This document shows, piece after piece, positions 1 to 13,763 of a stretch of 64,000 bases of DNA (the first letter of the stretch is position 1; each line of letters opens with the position of its first letter). The position numbers were made by a program, and so were the translations under genes. A model generated the notes under the pieces. That model worked only from the letters and a program-made list of their open reading frames with translations, was not told where the DNA came from and did not search any database. The stretch is from Octopus sinensis (Eukaryota): positions 157,728,001-157,792,000 of the forward strand of contig NC_043000.1 of NCBI RefSeq assembly GCF_006345805.1. Direction: 5' to 3'.

Positions 1-759
1 CAGCTTCCGTTTCAGTCATCAACTGATTATGACTGGGTGGAAATCACAGTCGTAACACATGGCCTTGCAGAATTCATCACTTTTCAAGTTTCACAATAGT
101 GGATTTCTTTCACACAGAGTGACAAACAGGCAGAAAAATAGAACAGAATAACCTCAGTACAGGATTGACGAAATATTAGTCATATGGAATTGTGAAAAGC
201 GAAGTTGAACGTAGATACGTAGCTTTAAATCCAAATGATAGTATTTTTTAAAATATTATAATTACCTGTCGTCCCAATTTACTATAAATTTGACGCTAGA
301 TGTTAAAAGTGTCATATAAACTGGTCAGGTAAAAGCGAAACCCGTGGCAAGAAATTACTTACTGTCCCCTCCCCCCCTCCCAAAGAAAAAGAAATCAAAA
401 GTAAAAGAAAATAAATGATACAATGTATAAAAGAAAATAAGAAAATACTTTAATAATGTATAGAAATCAATAAACAAAATTCTAAATGAATTATAACAGA
501 CACATAAACAAAAAGCTACAGGGAAAAAGAAAGCAGATAAATATTTAAAATTCTGTAAGAAACTGAAAACATAAACAAGTATTGTCACTTTAATGGAAAA
601 TAACAATGCATGGAAGAAAATGAGAATTTACAAATGAAGAGATGAATAAAACTGCACATAAATTTTCCTTTCAAAATAAAGAAAAAAGTGAAGGGTAATA
701 TGTTTGTTTTTGTTTTCCAGTTTCAGCTCTTGAGCTGTGGCCATGCTGGGGCACCGCCA

Positions 760-923
760 TTGTGGTGAAAGAGTACAGCAGGGATCACCACCCCCTGCCG
801 GAGCCTCGTAGAGCTTTTAGGTGTTTTCGCTCAATAAACACACACAACGCCCGGTCTGAGAATCGAAACCGCGATCCTGCGACCGCGAGTCCGCTGCCCT
901 AACCACTAGGCCATTGCGCCTCC
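760..923 (-). mobile_element. SINE family A, 5' half
   Basis: Reverse complement of 42828-42990. Abuts a GGCGGTGCCCCAGCATGGCCACAGCTC tail module at ~716-758. Confidence 0.88.
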
Positions 924-1294
924 AATATATGTAGCTAATATATAAAAAATTTAAAGAAACACACGAACATACGCAGACACTTATACTGAGAAATAGACAT
1001 ACATACATGCGCAGGCACTACAATGAGAAGAATAATTTTTGGCACACTTATACACACGCGCCCACACAGGAACACAATTAAATATACCGACCAACAATGT
1101 GTGAAAATATTAATTATATAAAATGTCATTAAAACCAATAAAGAAAAATTTAAAAAAAACAAGCGAAACAGGAAATAGGGTGAACCTACTGAAGAAAAAA
1201 CACACACAAACACACATTCATACACAAACACTCACACAACTTGCAGACGTACACACGTACATACTTATACATCTCGTGCATGCATGCATATATA

Positions 1295-1519
1295 CTTTTT
1301 TACTCTTTTATTTGTTTCAGTTGTTTGACTGCGGCCGTGCTGGTGCACCGCCTTTAGTCGAGCAAATCGTCTCCAGAGCTTACTGTTTGTAAGCCTAGTA
1401 CCTACTCTATCGTCCTCTTTTGCCGAACCGCTAAGATGCGGGGGCGTAAACACACCAGCATCTGTTGTCAGTCGTAGTTAGGGGGCGAAACACAGACACA
1501 CAAATATATATACAAGGAC

Positions 1520-1550
<31 letters not shown>

Positions 1551-1716
1551 CGACGGGCTTCTTTCAGTTTCCGTTTAACATATCCACTCACAAGGCTTTT
1601 GTCTACCCGAGGCTATAGTAGATAACACTTGGCCAAGGTGGCACACAGTAGAACTGAACCCGGAACCATGCGGCTGGTAAGCAAGCTACTTACCACTAAG
1701 CCATTTCTGCACCTAT
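1295..1716 (-). mobile_element. Bipartite SINE family C (tRNA head, CORE-like block, internal microsatellite, 3' module)
   Basis: Minus strand: CCTTGGCCAAGTGTTATCTACTATAGCCTCGGG, GGAAACTGAAAGAAGCCCGTCG, (TA)n, CTTAGCGGTTCGGCAAAAGAG and GGCGGTGCACCAGCACGGCCGCAGTC. Confidence 0.85.
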
Positions 1717-1893
1717 ACACACACACACGCACACACGGACAAAAACACACACACACATGCACATATATGCATTATGTGTATATATATGCTTATGTATGAG
1801 CACATGAGCACAGACACGTCTCTGTATGAATACACACACTTACGCACACACACAGACACGTATGTGTGTGTGTGTGTGTATGTATATGTGTGC

Positions 1894-2190
1894 GTGAAGG
1901 CGAATAGCTCAGTGGTTTAGAGTGTCGGGCTCCCAATCGTGAGGTAGTCAGTTCAACTCCCAGATCGGGCTGTATGTTAAATCACGTTGCTCCAGTTCAC
2001 CCAGAAAGGAGATGCGACGTCACTGATACGACTGAATAGCCTTTGCTTTTCCCTTGGATAACATCAGTGACGAGGAAAGGGAGTGGTGGTTTGCATGGGC
2101 GACTGCAGGGTTTTCCTAAAACAAACTTACCTACACTTGTGCCTTGCAGGGTAACTTTGTAGGTGCAATCCCATGGTCGAAAAGGATCTT
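1894..2190 (+). mobile_element. SINE family D, diverged with an internal deletion
   Basis: TAGCTCAGTGGTTTAGAGTGTCGG head; TGCGACGTCACTG, TTTCCCTTGGATAACA and GGTGCAATCCCATGGTC shared with 60468-60795. Confidence 0.8.
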
Positions 2191-2193
2191 TAC

Positions 2194-2298
<105 letters not shown>

Positions 2299-2337
2299 TA
2301 TATATATATATATATATATATATATCTATATATATAT

Positions 2338-2771
2338 AATAAGCAGAACTACATTAGTCACTAAACTGACAAGAAGGTAATAACCAGCACCAGGATTGCT
2401 TGAAATAAGAGTATATAATTCTATCTGTAGGTGGTAAAATGGCGAATTAACCACCATTTATAATTTTCCGCTTTTACCCTTTATGAAATCAGCGTATGAT
2501 TTCAATGAAATCTATAAACTAACACAGCGAGCTCGTTCAACCCTAGGCGCTGTGACAATCACCGATGAGCATTTAACTGTGTAAGCATGAAAATGCGAAA
2601 TCCTCGATGATCTAGCTAGATCTGCTGCCGTAGAGAGTTGCGTCCCTTGTTACTCCATTAAGGTAGTGGCTTCTTTTTGGACTGAGATGTTTTGACTGAA
2701 CGTTTTTCACAATACTGGTGCCCATTATCGCCCTGTGTCACTTTAGTGAGGCATATATATATATATAATAT

Positions 2772-2851
<80 letters not shown>

Positions 2852-3263
2852 AGCAGAACTACATTAGTCACTAACTGACAAGAAGGTAATAACCAGCACC
2901 AGGATTGCTTGAAATAAGAGTATATAATTCTATCTGTAGGTGGTAAAATTGCGAATTAACCACCATTTATAATTTTCGCTTTTACCCTTTATGAAATCAG
3001 CGTATGATTTCAATGGAAATCTTATAAACTAACACAGCGAGCTCGGTTCAACCCTAGGCGCTGTGACAACCACCGATGAGCATTTAACTGTGTAAGCATG
3101 AAAATGCGAAATCCTCGATGATCTAGCTATATCTGCTGCCGTAGAGAGCTTGCGTCCCTTGTTACTCATTAAGATAGTGCTTCTGTTGGGACTGAGATGT
3201 TTTGACTGAAACGTTTTTCACAATACTGGCGCCCATTATCGCCCTGTGTCACTTTAGTGAGGC
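2338..3263 (+). repeat. ~510-bp tandem duplication (units 2338-2752 and 2848-3263) separated by (TA)n
   Basis: Both units run AATAAGCAGAACTACATTAGTCAC ... CTGTGTCACTTTAGTGAGGC. Differences include many 1-bp indels. Confidence 0.95.
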
Positions 3264-3310
3264 ATATATATATATATATATACCTCACTTATGCGCTTGC
3301 ATATATAATA

Positions 3311-3672
3311 TTCTTTTATTCTTTTACTTGTTTCAGTCATTTGACTGCGGCCATGCTCGAATACTGTCTTAAAGGGTTTTCGTCGAAGAAATTGACAGCA
3401 GGACTTACTCTTCGTAATCCTAATACTTATTCTGTCACACGTCTTTTGTCGAACCGCCACCTTATCAGCATCGGTTTCAAGCGATGGCGTAGTCGGGGGA
3501 GGGGGACAAACACAGACACACACACATAAATAAATACATACATACCTATACATATGTACATTTATATCTACACAATGGACTCCCTTCAGTTTCCGTCTAC
3601 TAAATTCATTTACAAATGTTTGGTCGGACCGAGGCTATAGCAGAAGACACTTGCCCAAGAAGCCACGCACTG
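3311..3672 (-). mobile_element. SINE family C
   Basis: GACTGCGGCCATGCT, TTTTGTCGAACCGC, TTCAGTTTCCGTCTAC and GGCTATAGCAGAAGACACTTGCCCAAG. Confidence 0.8.
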
Positions 3673-3712
3673 ATATATATATATATCCACACACACACAC
3701 ACACACACACAT

Positions 3713-3766
<54 letters not shown>

Positions 3767-4465
3767 GTATATACATGTGTTTGTGTGTGTAATGTATTTG
3801 CATGTCCGCGGGACCGTAACTAATTAAATTCATTAAAAAAATGATTAGCACAAAACTGCCCTTGATTGTTTACCCGGTCCCACGTAATTTATATATAATA
3901 TAGATCATATTTCATAAAATCATAAGAGCTTGGTTCCATGTGATGCAACCTTTAAAGATAATGCCTCACCATTGGCACATCCCAAGAACTTAAATAAAGA
4001 AAGTGAAAATAATCATATAAACGCATGCGCGCGCAAATACACACACACATACACACAAACATTTGCTATTAAAAGACTAAATAGCGAAAGTAAATATTAA
4101 AAACGAAAATAAAAAATGCCATAAATGGAACAAGAAAACGGAACAAAAAATAACGCCATAAATTCCCAGATAATACAAACTGAGTATGTTAGTTGAAAAC
4201 ATTATTTTCTCAGCTAATTTCCCAAAAGGTATTGTTAGGCTGAATTAAAAACACATTTTCACACCACTAATGTGCTATTAAGAAAATATAATCTCCTGGG
4301 GTAAGACACCTTCATTTTGTTTAGGCACAAATTAAGGTTGACATAATTTGTTTGTTTGTGAAGCTCCGTTGAGTGCGTGGTCACGTGTTGTCGTATGATT
4401 TTCTGTCTGTACTGTGTGAATGAATGCACCTCCTCTACCTGGCCGCGCACACACACATACACACA

Positions 4466-4509
<44 letters not shown>

Positions 4510-4532
4510 AATATATATATATATATGTAAAT

Positions 4533-4565
<33 letters not shown>

Positions 4566-4611
4566 GTAAATATATATATATATATATATGCATGTGTATA
4601 TATATATTTAC

Positions 4612-4673
<62 letters not shown>

Positions 4674-5679
4674 TGTATGTATGTATCATTTGTTCTCTTG
4701 CATATATTATTTATATGTCCATGTACATACATACGTGCATACATACATACAATACATACATATGTGTGTGTATGCATGTGCATGTACAGATACAGGATTC
4801 ATGCACATACTTACGCTCCAAACTGGCTTTAAAAATGAGGGCTAGATTAAACTAAACGACTAAAAGACACTTCACACACTACAATCTGTTACTACACATT
4901 GTTTCATACCACGTGCTTTTAATTGGCCAATTTAGAGATCACACACACAAACTAACACACACATTTTTGTGTGTATGTATGTATGCATTATGCATGGATA
5001 AGCATAGCGTAGTGTGAGATCTCCTGTGTTCATATAAACCTCGTAGTATTGACTACGTCAGTGAACGTACGCGGAGGCAGCTTGAAAGTTAAAGCAATTA
5101 AAAATGCATTGTTTTCCTGGTCAAAATATTGTTTGCTTCATTAAGAATTCTTTCTATCTATCTGTCTCTGTCATTCTCTCTTACTCACCGCATACCTCCG
5201 CCCCACCTGTTTTATTTCTCGCTTTACCCTCTAATAAAGACACATACACAAAAAAGTGTGTGTACGCATTCAAGCCCTTGTATACAGTTTCTCACTCTTT
5301 TTCTCTCTCACTCTGCACTTTGTCCTTTCATTTTCCCTTTCTTCACAAATAAACGAGGGAGGAAAAAATAGTTTAGAGCTCTTTTGTAAATACTTCAGAA
5401 TTATAACGATACAAACATAGTTCTTATTTCTCAAATTTCTATTTAAAACACAGGCTACCCCTAACTCTGCCTCTCTTTTATATATATAGACATATGGCGG
5501 TGCCCCAGCATGGCCACAGCTCGTGAGCTGAAACTAGAATCAATCAATCATATATCTGTATTTGCGCGCACACACGCATACACTAAATGAAAGAGGCAGA
5601 GAAAGAAGAACATCAACGAATATAAGAGAGTTACATCTGTTGACCCTGAAAGAAGACGGCCACAATACTCAAACTATGG

Positions 5680-5893
5680 AAGGTGGCGAGCTGGTAGAAG
5701 CGTTAGCGCTCCAGGCGAAATGCTTGGTAGTATTTCGTCTGTCTTTACGTTCTGAGTTCAAATTACGCCGCAGTCGGCTTGGCCTTTCATCCTTTCGGTA
5801 TCGATAAATTAAGTACCTGTTGCGTACTGGGGTCGATCTAATCGACTCGCCCTCTCACCCAAAATCTTGGGCTTTGTGCCAAGAGTAGAAAAG
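5680..5893 (+). mobile_element. SINE family B
   Basis: GGTGGCGAGCTGGTAGAAGCGTTAGC head; GTTCTGAGTTCAAATT B-box-like motif; GCCTTTCATCCTTTCGG..TCGATAAATTAAGTACC core; CTTTGTGCC..AGTAGAAAAG tail. Confidence 0.87.
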
Positions 5894-6215
5894 GCTATTG
5901 ATTTATAAGGTGGTATGTTAGTAGACATTTGTGAGTCATTTAAATATTGGAATGATTCTATGATAGTGCATGCCTAGTATCAAAGACCATGTCAAAAATG
6001 GCAGATGTTGGGGTATGAATAAAACAAACATAAAAATGAAACAAGATTTGAACTAAGAATATTATTGATACAATGTATTTCTGTTTACAATATTTCCAGA
6101 ACATTCAACTCAGTTGAAAATTGATATTTTGAATGTACGCTGAACTATTAGCGTTATTTTATTATTTCGAAATAATTGACGATTAGAAAAACAAGAGCAG
6201 CAGGACATACACCAC

Positions 6216-6296
<81 letters not shown>

Positions 6297-6306
6297 CATG
6301 TATATA

Positions 6307-6369
<63 letters not shown>

Positions 6370-9020
6370 TATATGTGTATGTATGTATATCTACCTATCT
6401 ATCTATCTATCTACCTATATATATATATATGTAATACAAAAAATAGCAAAAGATTTAACGGTGAAAAATTGTCAACATACGTTTTTCTATATTTTAAGAT
6501 TATTTTCTTTCATTTCTATTTGGTTGATTTTAATTAAATATCTTTTCTCTATTTTGATAACTATTCAGGGATTTGAAGAAGAACATTTTCAGTTTCTATA
6601 CAATTCCATTAGATTTAATTCCATTTTAAAATGTTTACAGTAATTTTCTGTGGTTTGGAAAGGAAACTTTCTGGATGAAAATTAAGACTCAGGCTATAGA
6701 AGTCTAATCGTGAGAATGTTGCTTTGATAGTTAAACGAGCGTACAGAGTTACTGAACTTTTAATAGGTGAGAACAAACGGTCGTAAATAGTGATGTGAAC
6801 CATGGCATGGTATTGAATTAAGCATATGTCGTTTCAGCTTTTTATAAGTATTTTGAGTTGTGAGCTAAAGTAAGGGCCATTAGATGATCGACAAAACAGG
6901 CAAAAGTAGAAGCTACAACTCCAAATCACTATGAACCTTACTGTAAAAGAAGAGCATATTTTATACCACGGTTCTAGATTAGATTGATATCAGTAAAAGA
7001 CGATACAGTCAGTGATGGAATGTATCAATTTGCAACGTTTGTGTTAACTCATATATCACTAGTAGGTTGAAGAGTAACATCAACAACCCTCATTTATTAA
7101 CACCTAGAGGGGCTTTTGGACATTAGAACTTTGCCTGTTTACAGTATTGTTATATGGCTGTACATTTGTAGTGTCGGTACATCATCAGACAGAAGACTAT
7201 TTAATTGTGTTCAGCTAAGTCTTTGCATCATCTCGTGGCGTTGTTCTTGATTTTATTAGGATAAGCTGATAAGACTCATCTATTGTTATAACTTAATCGA
7301 CTAAAATCTGTTATAGAAGATAATATAAACATGATCAAACGACGGTTGAATCAAAGGAACGTGAAAATGCAGATAACAAACCTAGATTCTTTACACAGTC
7401 TACTTTTATATCTATGCATTGCTCCTTTTGTTAAAATTAATTTGAATAAACTTTATAAATAGTTGTTTCAGTCTCTATTTTCAAATTTGGATGGCGATAT
7501 CTGGGGTATCAGTCATATTTTAATGGTTCCTACTCGACATTTCGTGGAGAAATTAAAACATTATTTGCTCTCTTGATGTAAGCATTTTATCTGTGCATAA
7601 AAAAAAACCATATAAATATAAATGATTGTCTATGAAATATAAAATGCTAAATTCGAACGAAAGCTGAACAAGACCAGAAAAACAATTAGGTGGATTACTT
7701 TTGTTTTGATCGTGCTCACTTTGTCACCTGCAAACACCTTTCAATGAAAATGACGTCTTTGATTGGTTACCGTATATTTCGTGTAAAAGCTTCGTAGGCG
7801 ATGTAAACGAGCAGATATAACACTTCGAGTGAACGACCTCAACAGTGTCATGATTCTGGGACCTGCAGAATTATCAGTTACTACCTTATATTTAAGGCTG
7901 TATTCTTTGCAATATGAAACAATCCCTGACTTTGTTTGATTTTCAAGTCACAGTTAGCTACATTCATGATACTATCGTTATGTTTCAGAATCCGAAGTAC
8001 CATTGACGTCTGCTTGAAGACATTGGGGGATTTACTGGCGAGCAGTAGTAAAATACAGTATTTTCCAACCTTCAAAAGCTGGAGAAGCTCGGACGGGATT
8101 ATTTTGTTAAAAGACAGGCTTACTTTGCGCTTGATGGAAGAGAATGAGAGCAATAGCTACACTTGATAATTCTCTTCAAAAAATGGGAAATGACCTGAGC
8201 GCCACGGTCTCTGCTTCATAGCTTTACCAGCTATACAGCTGTTTCGAAGATTTTACCACTGTTGGAATTTAAGTAGCAAACCTCCTGCCACATGTAAATG
8301 GTTCTGGATTTTCTTTGGTATCTCAAGAAAGTTCAGCTTACTGGAAGAGAGTGTCGTTTTTCAACCATGATGACGGAAAATATATGTTGATAGTTTTGAT
8401 ATATTGACATATATAAGCGCAAAAATTAATTTCTTGCTTTAAAAAATATCCATTTCTTATAATAATAACTTGTTCCACTGACATATTGATTGTAAGAGAT
8501 ACAGAAAAAAAAAACGCTATAGTAATTGCCGCTAAAAATGGTAACGCAAAACGTAGTAACGCTAAACAGGTGTATGTCGGTGTATAGTTAAGAAGTTATG
8601 TCGCAATACGTGTTGGAAAAAATTCATTTGTAACAAGTGTAAAATCTACGTTTATGATCAACAAATAATGACAATTTTACCAGTTTCCAGAGTAATTCTA
8701 AAAGATGTAAATGTTATTCAATAAATATAGATACGAAGTTTTAAACGTGTTAAATATGAATGTTAAAACCTTACGAATATAATTTCGTCCTGACTAAGGC
8801 AATTTGTTTTAAAAGTTAATTGTAAAATATGAGCTACCTTTTTTTATTACGTAGAGCTCAAAATACTTATCCATTAATAAATAATTAAATATAACTTTGC
8901 TGAAGTAATAGTTCTTGCAGAATCTAAATGAACATGAATGGATCGTCAGTGCTGCAGTCGATACAATGATTCTGCTCTCAAATGAGATGATAAATTTTAT
9001 TGTTTCGCTTAGGTATATAA

Positions 9021-9214
9021 TTTATCTTTTACTTGTTTCAATCGTTAGACTGCGACCATTCTGGAGTACCGCCTTCAAGAATTGTCGAAAGAATCGGCTC
9101 CAATACTTACATTTTCTTTTAGCGTGGTATTTATTCCACCGGTCACATTTGCTGAATCGCTAAGCTACAGGGACGCAAACACACATACACCAGTTGTCGA
9201 GCAGTGAACACACA

Positions 9215-9257
<43 letters not shown>

Positions 9258-9429
9258 TACAACGAGCTTCTTTTAGTTTCTGTCTACGAAATCCATTCAC
9301 AGGGCTTTGACCAGCCCGTGGCTATAGTAGGAGACACTTGCCGAATGTGTCACACAGTGGGACTGAACCCAGGATCATGTGTTTGTTTGGAAGCAAACAC
9401 TTCTTCCAACAAAGCCACATCCGCGTCTG

Positions 9430-9434
<5 letters not shown>
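9021..9434 (-). mobile_element. SINE family C
   Basis: Same modules, with an internal (CA)n. Confidence 0.8.
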
Positions 9435-9492
<58 letters not shown>

Positions 9493-10994
9493 ATTTTGAG
9501 CTCGTTGAGACCTGAATTCAAAACGTAAACAGTCGAAATATAAGTTGCAAAGAATTTTCCGACAATCATAAAGTACGGCCATTTTGCTTGTTAATTTGTA
9601 ATTTATGTATTAATCTGCATTGTTAAATACAGTAGTATCATCTCATTCTTCTTAGCTATCTTTTGTTTTGTAGAACCTATTTTAGTAGCTCAAATGTTTA
9701 TATGTACCTAAATGGAGCAGAATTTACTCAATGAAATAAATATAATATGGATATCGGAAATGATAATTTTGCTTACAAAACAAAGGTAATAAAAGACATT
9801 TGTCTTTTCTTACATTTGTTTTGTAGAACATAACTACAAGAACATAACAACAAGGAAAATTAATAAGATGTTTTCATTCGTTATGTTTCAGTGCGTATCT
9901 TAATTTGAAGGTTAGTTAGTAATGAAGAAAATAAACATTAAACCAGTTTTATTGACAGACTTCATCTGCAAAAAATATTATACATTTTAAGGAATGGTAT
10001 TACTTGAAAAAATTGTTTCAAATATTCATAGGTGAAAGTTGTGGAAATCGCACAGGTTTCGCTAGCCACACGTAATTACAACACTGAGAAATAATTGATT
10101 AGTAAATAACTTAAATCACCAGCGGTAGACAAGCCCAGAAATTATCCAGAGTAAGATCTATGTATATGGAACAAAAACAAAAAGCATCTAGTGAGTAAAA
10201 GAATATCAAAAGTTAACTATAGCCAATATGTGCCACTCACGGTGAAAGTTAAAGGATATTCTTTGTGATGCAGATGGCCAAAAAGATCGGCATTACAGAT
10301 ACTGCTCGACTTTTGGAAATCCTATCAGACCAGTGTGCCCGAAGACTTACTGCTTTGTTGGATATTAGAAGATTTGTACAACTGCTGAAGACGTTTTCCT
10401 TAAATTATTACACTTTAATGCGAACAGAATTACGATTAGTTCAATTGTGATCTGATATGCACCGAAGGCACAGTGGTGCCTCTACCATATATTTCGCTAT
10501 ATGTGATCGATGATGTTAATCCGTGAAGTTTAACCATTACATGATTATATTATTTTAAGTCTTGAAGTGTACACCGACCTGAACCAGAAAGATCTTTGAC
10601 TGAATTCTTTAAGGAAGCATACATAGTGCGTTTTTCTTTATATCTGCTGTCGCTGCAAGATTAATTCGCAAGTGGAAGTTGTTAAATGGATACTATTAAA
10701 TCAATAAAGAAACCACTGTAAACACTTCAACCTTTCGTTAGCGGCAGTGTCTACCAAAGTCTAGAAAGCGTAGTCGTGCTCAAAGGCATATTCAGGCGTC
10801 TGAACGGAACAAGTTGTTATATGAATGCGGATAACAATTTAGATGTTTGGTAAAGAACGTATTTTGAAGTTCTGGAAGGGTTGGGGGACGCTGATAAAGA
10901 TCTATATTTAGAATTTTTTACTATAAAATTAATTTAATTTAAAGATAGTATATTGTTTATCTTTTTTTTATTTTATCGTATATCTGTCCCAGGC

Positions 10995-11332
10995 ATTAAA
11001 CTTCGGCAATGCTGGATTTAGTCGGAAACATCGACCCAAGTACTTATTTTTAAGTCCGGTACTTATTTTATCGGTTCCATTTCTTGCCGGACCGCAAAAT
11101 TATGGGGACATAAACAAACCAACAGATGTTGTAAAGTGGTGGTGAGGGATAGACACAAATATGAAGACGACATAAACGCATGTATATATACATGACGGGA
11201 TTCTTTCAGTTTCCGTCACCAAAATGCATTCACAAGTATTTCATTGAACCGGGGCTATATTAGAAGGCACTTATCGAAGAAGACAGACTGAACCCAGTAC
11301 CATATGGTTAAAAACCAAGCTTCCTAGCACAC
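10995..11332 (-). mobile_element. SINE family C, diverged
   Basis: ATCGACCCAAGTACTTATT, TTCTTTCAGTTTCCGTC, GGCTATATTAGAAGGCACTT and GACTGAACCC. Confidence 0.7.
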
Positions 11333-11724
11333 CTGAAGTTAAAGAGAAAATTACCATACTATTCGACATAGCTGCCACGATGAAGCGAAATCAACATCAG
11401 GAATTATCTAGATAAAAAAGTGAAATAAGGTAGGAGAATACAGTAACACCATACTAACTGCAGTTTTTAACAGATCAAAGCGATGCTGTTCGCGGAGCAG
11501 TTAACAGTCATAGTCGATCACTAGGACTTTCTTGCTTTTTCCATGCGCTTCTTAACTGTATATACTACGTCACAACGGTATAGCTATAGCTTTATTCGAA
11601 ACAATATCCAACCTGCTGTCTGTATGTTCCTCATTATAAATACAGTTTCATATATAGTTGTATGTATGTATATATGTACGTAGTATGTATGTATGTATAT
11701 ACATACATACATGTATGCATGTAT

Positions 11725-11794
<70 letters not shown>

Positions 11795-11852
11795 TATACA
11801 TACATATATATATATATGCGTGTGTGTGTGTTTGTGTGTGTGTATGTGTGCT

Positions 11853-12203
11853 ATAGGCACAGGAGTGACTGTGTAGTAAGAAGCGTGTTTCTTAACTACA
11901 AGGTTCCGGGTTCCTTCCTACTGCGTGGCAGCTTGGGCAAGTGTCTTCTACAATAGCTTCGTGCCGACCAAAGCCTTATATATATTTGTAGATATTTGTG
12001 TCTGTTTTTGTACCTCATCATCGCTTAACAAAAGGATGGTGCTATTTTTTACGTCCCCGTAACTTAGCGGTTCAACATAAGAGCCCGATAGGATAAGTAC
12101 TAGGGATATAAAGAATGTCCTGAGGACGAGTTGCTGTACAAAGGGCGGTGCTCCAACATGGCTGCAGTCACATGATTGAGGCAAGTAAACAAGTAAACGA
12201 GTA
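11853..12203 (+). mobile_element. SINE family C
   Basis: GGCACAGGAGTGACTGTGTAGTAAGAAG head, CTTGGGCAAGTGTCTTCTAC, CGTCCCCGTAACTTAGCGGTTC and GGCGGTGCTCCAACATGGCTGCAGTC. Confidence 0.85.
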
Positions 12204-12569
12204 CACACACACACACACATATATATCTTGATATGCATGTATGTACATTTATGTATGCACATGCGCACATATGTATGAATATACACACGTTCTTTGAATA
12301 CAGTTGTATTGCTACATTGCATTGATTTCTGTTTAGATATAATTATGTCGATAATATCTTCATATTTTAATTTCTCATTTTATATTCTGCTTTTTTCATT
12401 TCTGTTGACTGAAAACTGGTTTTCTGTTGCATTTTTTAACATACATTTCTGATATACTGGAACTAGACAGGGAATATCTGTTACACACTAATCAATTAGG
12501 TATTGTTTGTACATATAGCATAGAGAATACGAAAAATACTTATTATAAGTGCTGGTGGTCTTGGTGGTC

Positions 12570-13070
12570 TTGGTGGTGCTGGTGGTGGCGTGCGTGTGTA
12601 TGTGTGCGCGTGTTGATAATGAAGTATTTGTATAAATGTTGTGATGACTGCATATATTTCGTGCAGACACACTAATACACTATCTCACAAACAAAATATA
12701 TACGCATCTGTGTAGATGAGGGGAAACTAAATTCTAGATCTTATCCTACAAAAATACATTTACTCTTATTTCGACAGCAAAATTCCTTCAGAATTCAAAA
12801 GGTGCAATTGGTCGTACGACAATATTTAGGTATTTAGTCCGACTCACGTGGTACATTTAGCATTTAGTTTGCACATACATAACATACATACATACATACA
12901 TACATACATACATACTACATACATAATACATACTACATATTATATTACTACATACATATATATATATATATATACATAAAATTTATATAAAATATTGATA
13001 TATATATATATATATATATATTATATTATATATAATATATATATTATATATATATATATAATATATATAC

Positions 13071-13111
<41 letters not shown>

Positions 13112-13516
13112 TAAATTTTATATATATATTATTATGTATAGATAATATATATATGTATGTATGTATAAATATATGTAATGTATGTATGTATGTATGTATG
13201 TATGTATGTAGTATGTAGTATGTATGTATGTGCAAACTAAAGCTAAATGTACCACGTGAGTCGGATAAATACCTAAATATTGTCGTACGACAATTGCACC
13301 TTTTAACAGGAATTTTGCGTCGAAATAAGATAAATGTATTTTTGTAGGATAAGATCTAGAATTTAGTTTCCCCTCATCTACCACAGATGCGTATATATTT
13401 GTTTGTGAGATAGTGATTAGTGTGTCGACACGAAATATATGCAGTCATCACAAATTTATTACAAATACTTCATTATAACACGCGCACAATATACACGCAC
13501 GCACCACCAGCACCAA
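12570..13516. repeat. ~950-bp imperfect palindrome centred on (TA)n
   Basis: Left arm GTGGTACATTTAGCATTTAGTTTGCACATAC pairs with right arm GTATGTGCAAACTAAAGCTAAATGTACCAC. The match continues to the GGTGCTGGTGGTG / CACCACCAGCACC ends. Confidence 0.93.
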
Positions 13517-13692
13517 GGTTTACGAAAATAAACAAGAGACGAAGGCAGGTGGAGTACAAACAAACAATGTTAGTATGGCGCTCAGGAATAGAAATAAAAC
13601 AAGTCTTTTACGTTTCGAGGCCTACGCTCTTCGACAGAAAGATACACAGAAAAGAAACAAGGAGAGAAAAAAATGCGTGTAGGGGCTAGCGA

Positions 13693-13763
<71 letters not shown>

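Noticed and set aside
7881-8340. Overlapping ORFs in unique DNA after a TGTTTCAG acceptor-like site
   Set aside because: No recognisable motif, stops in all frames within ~60 codons, and no convincing donor.
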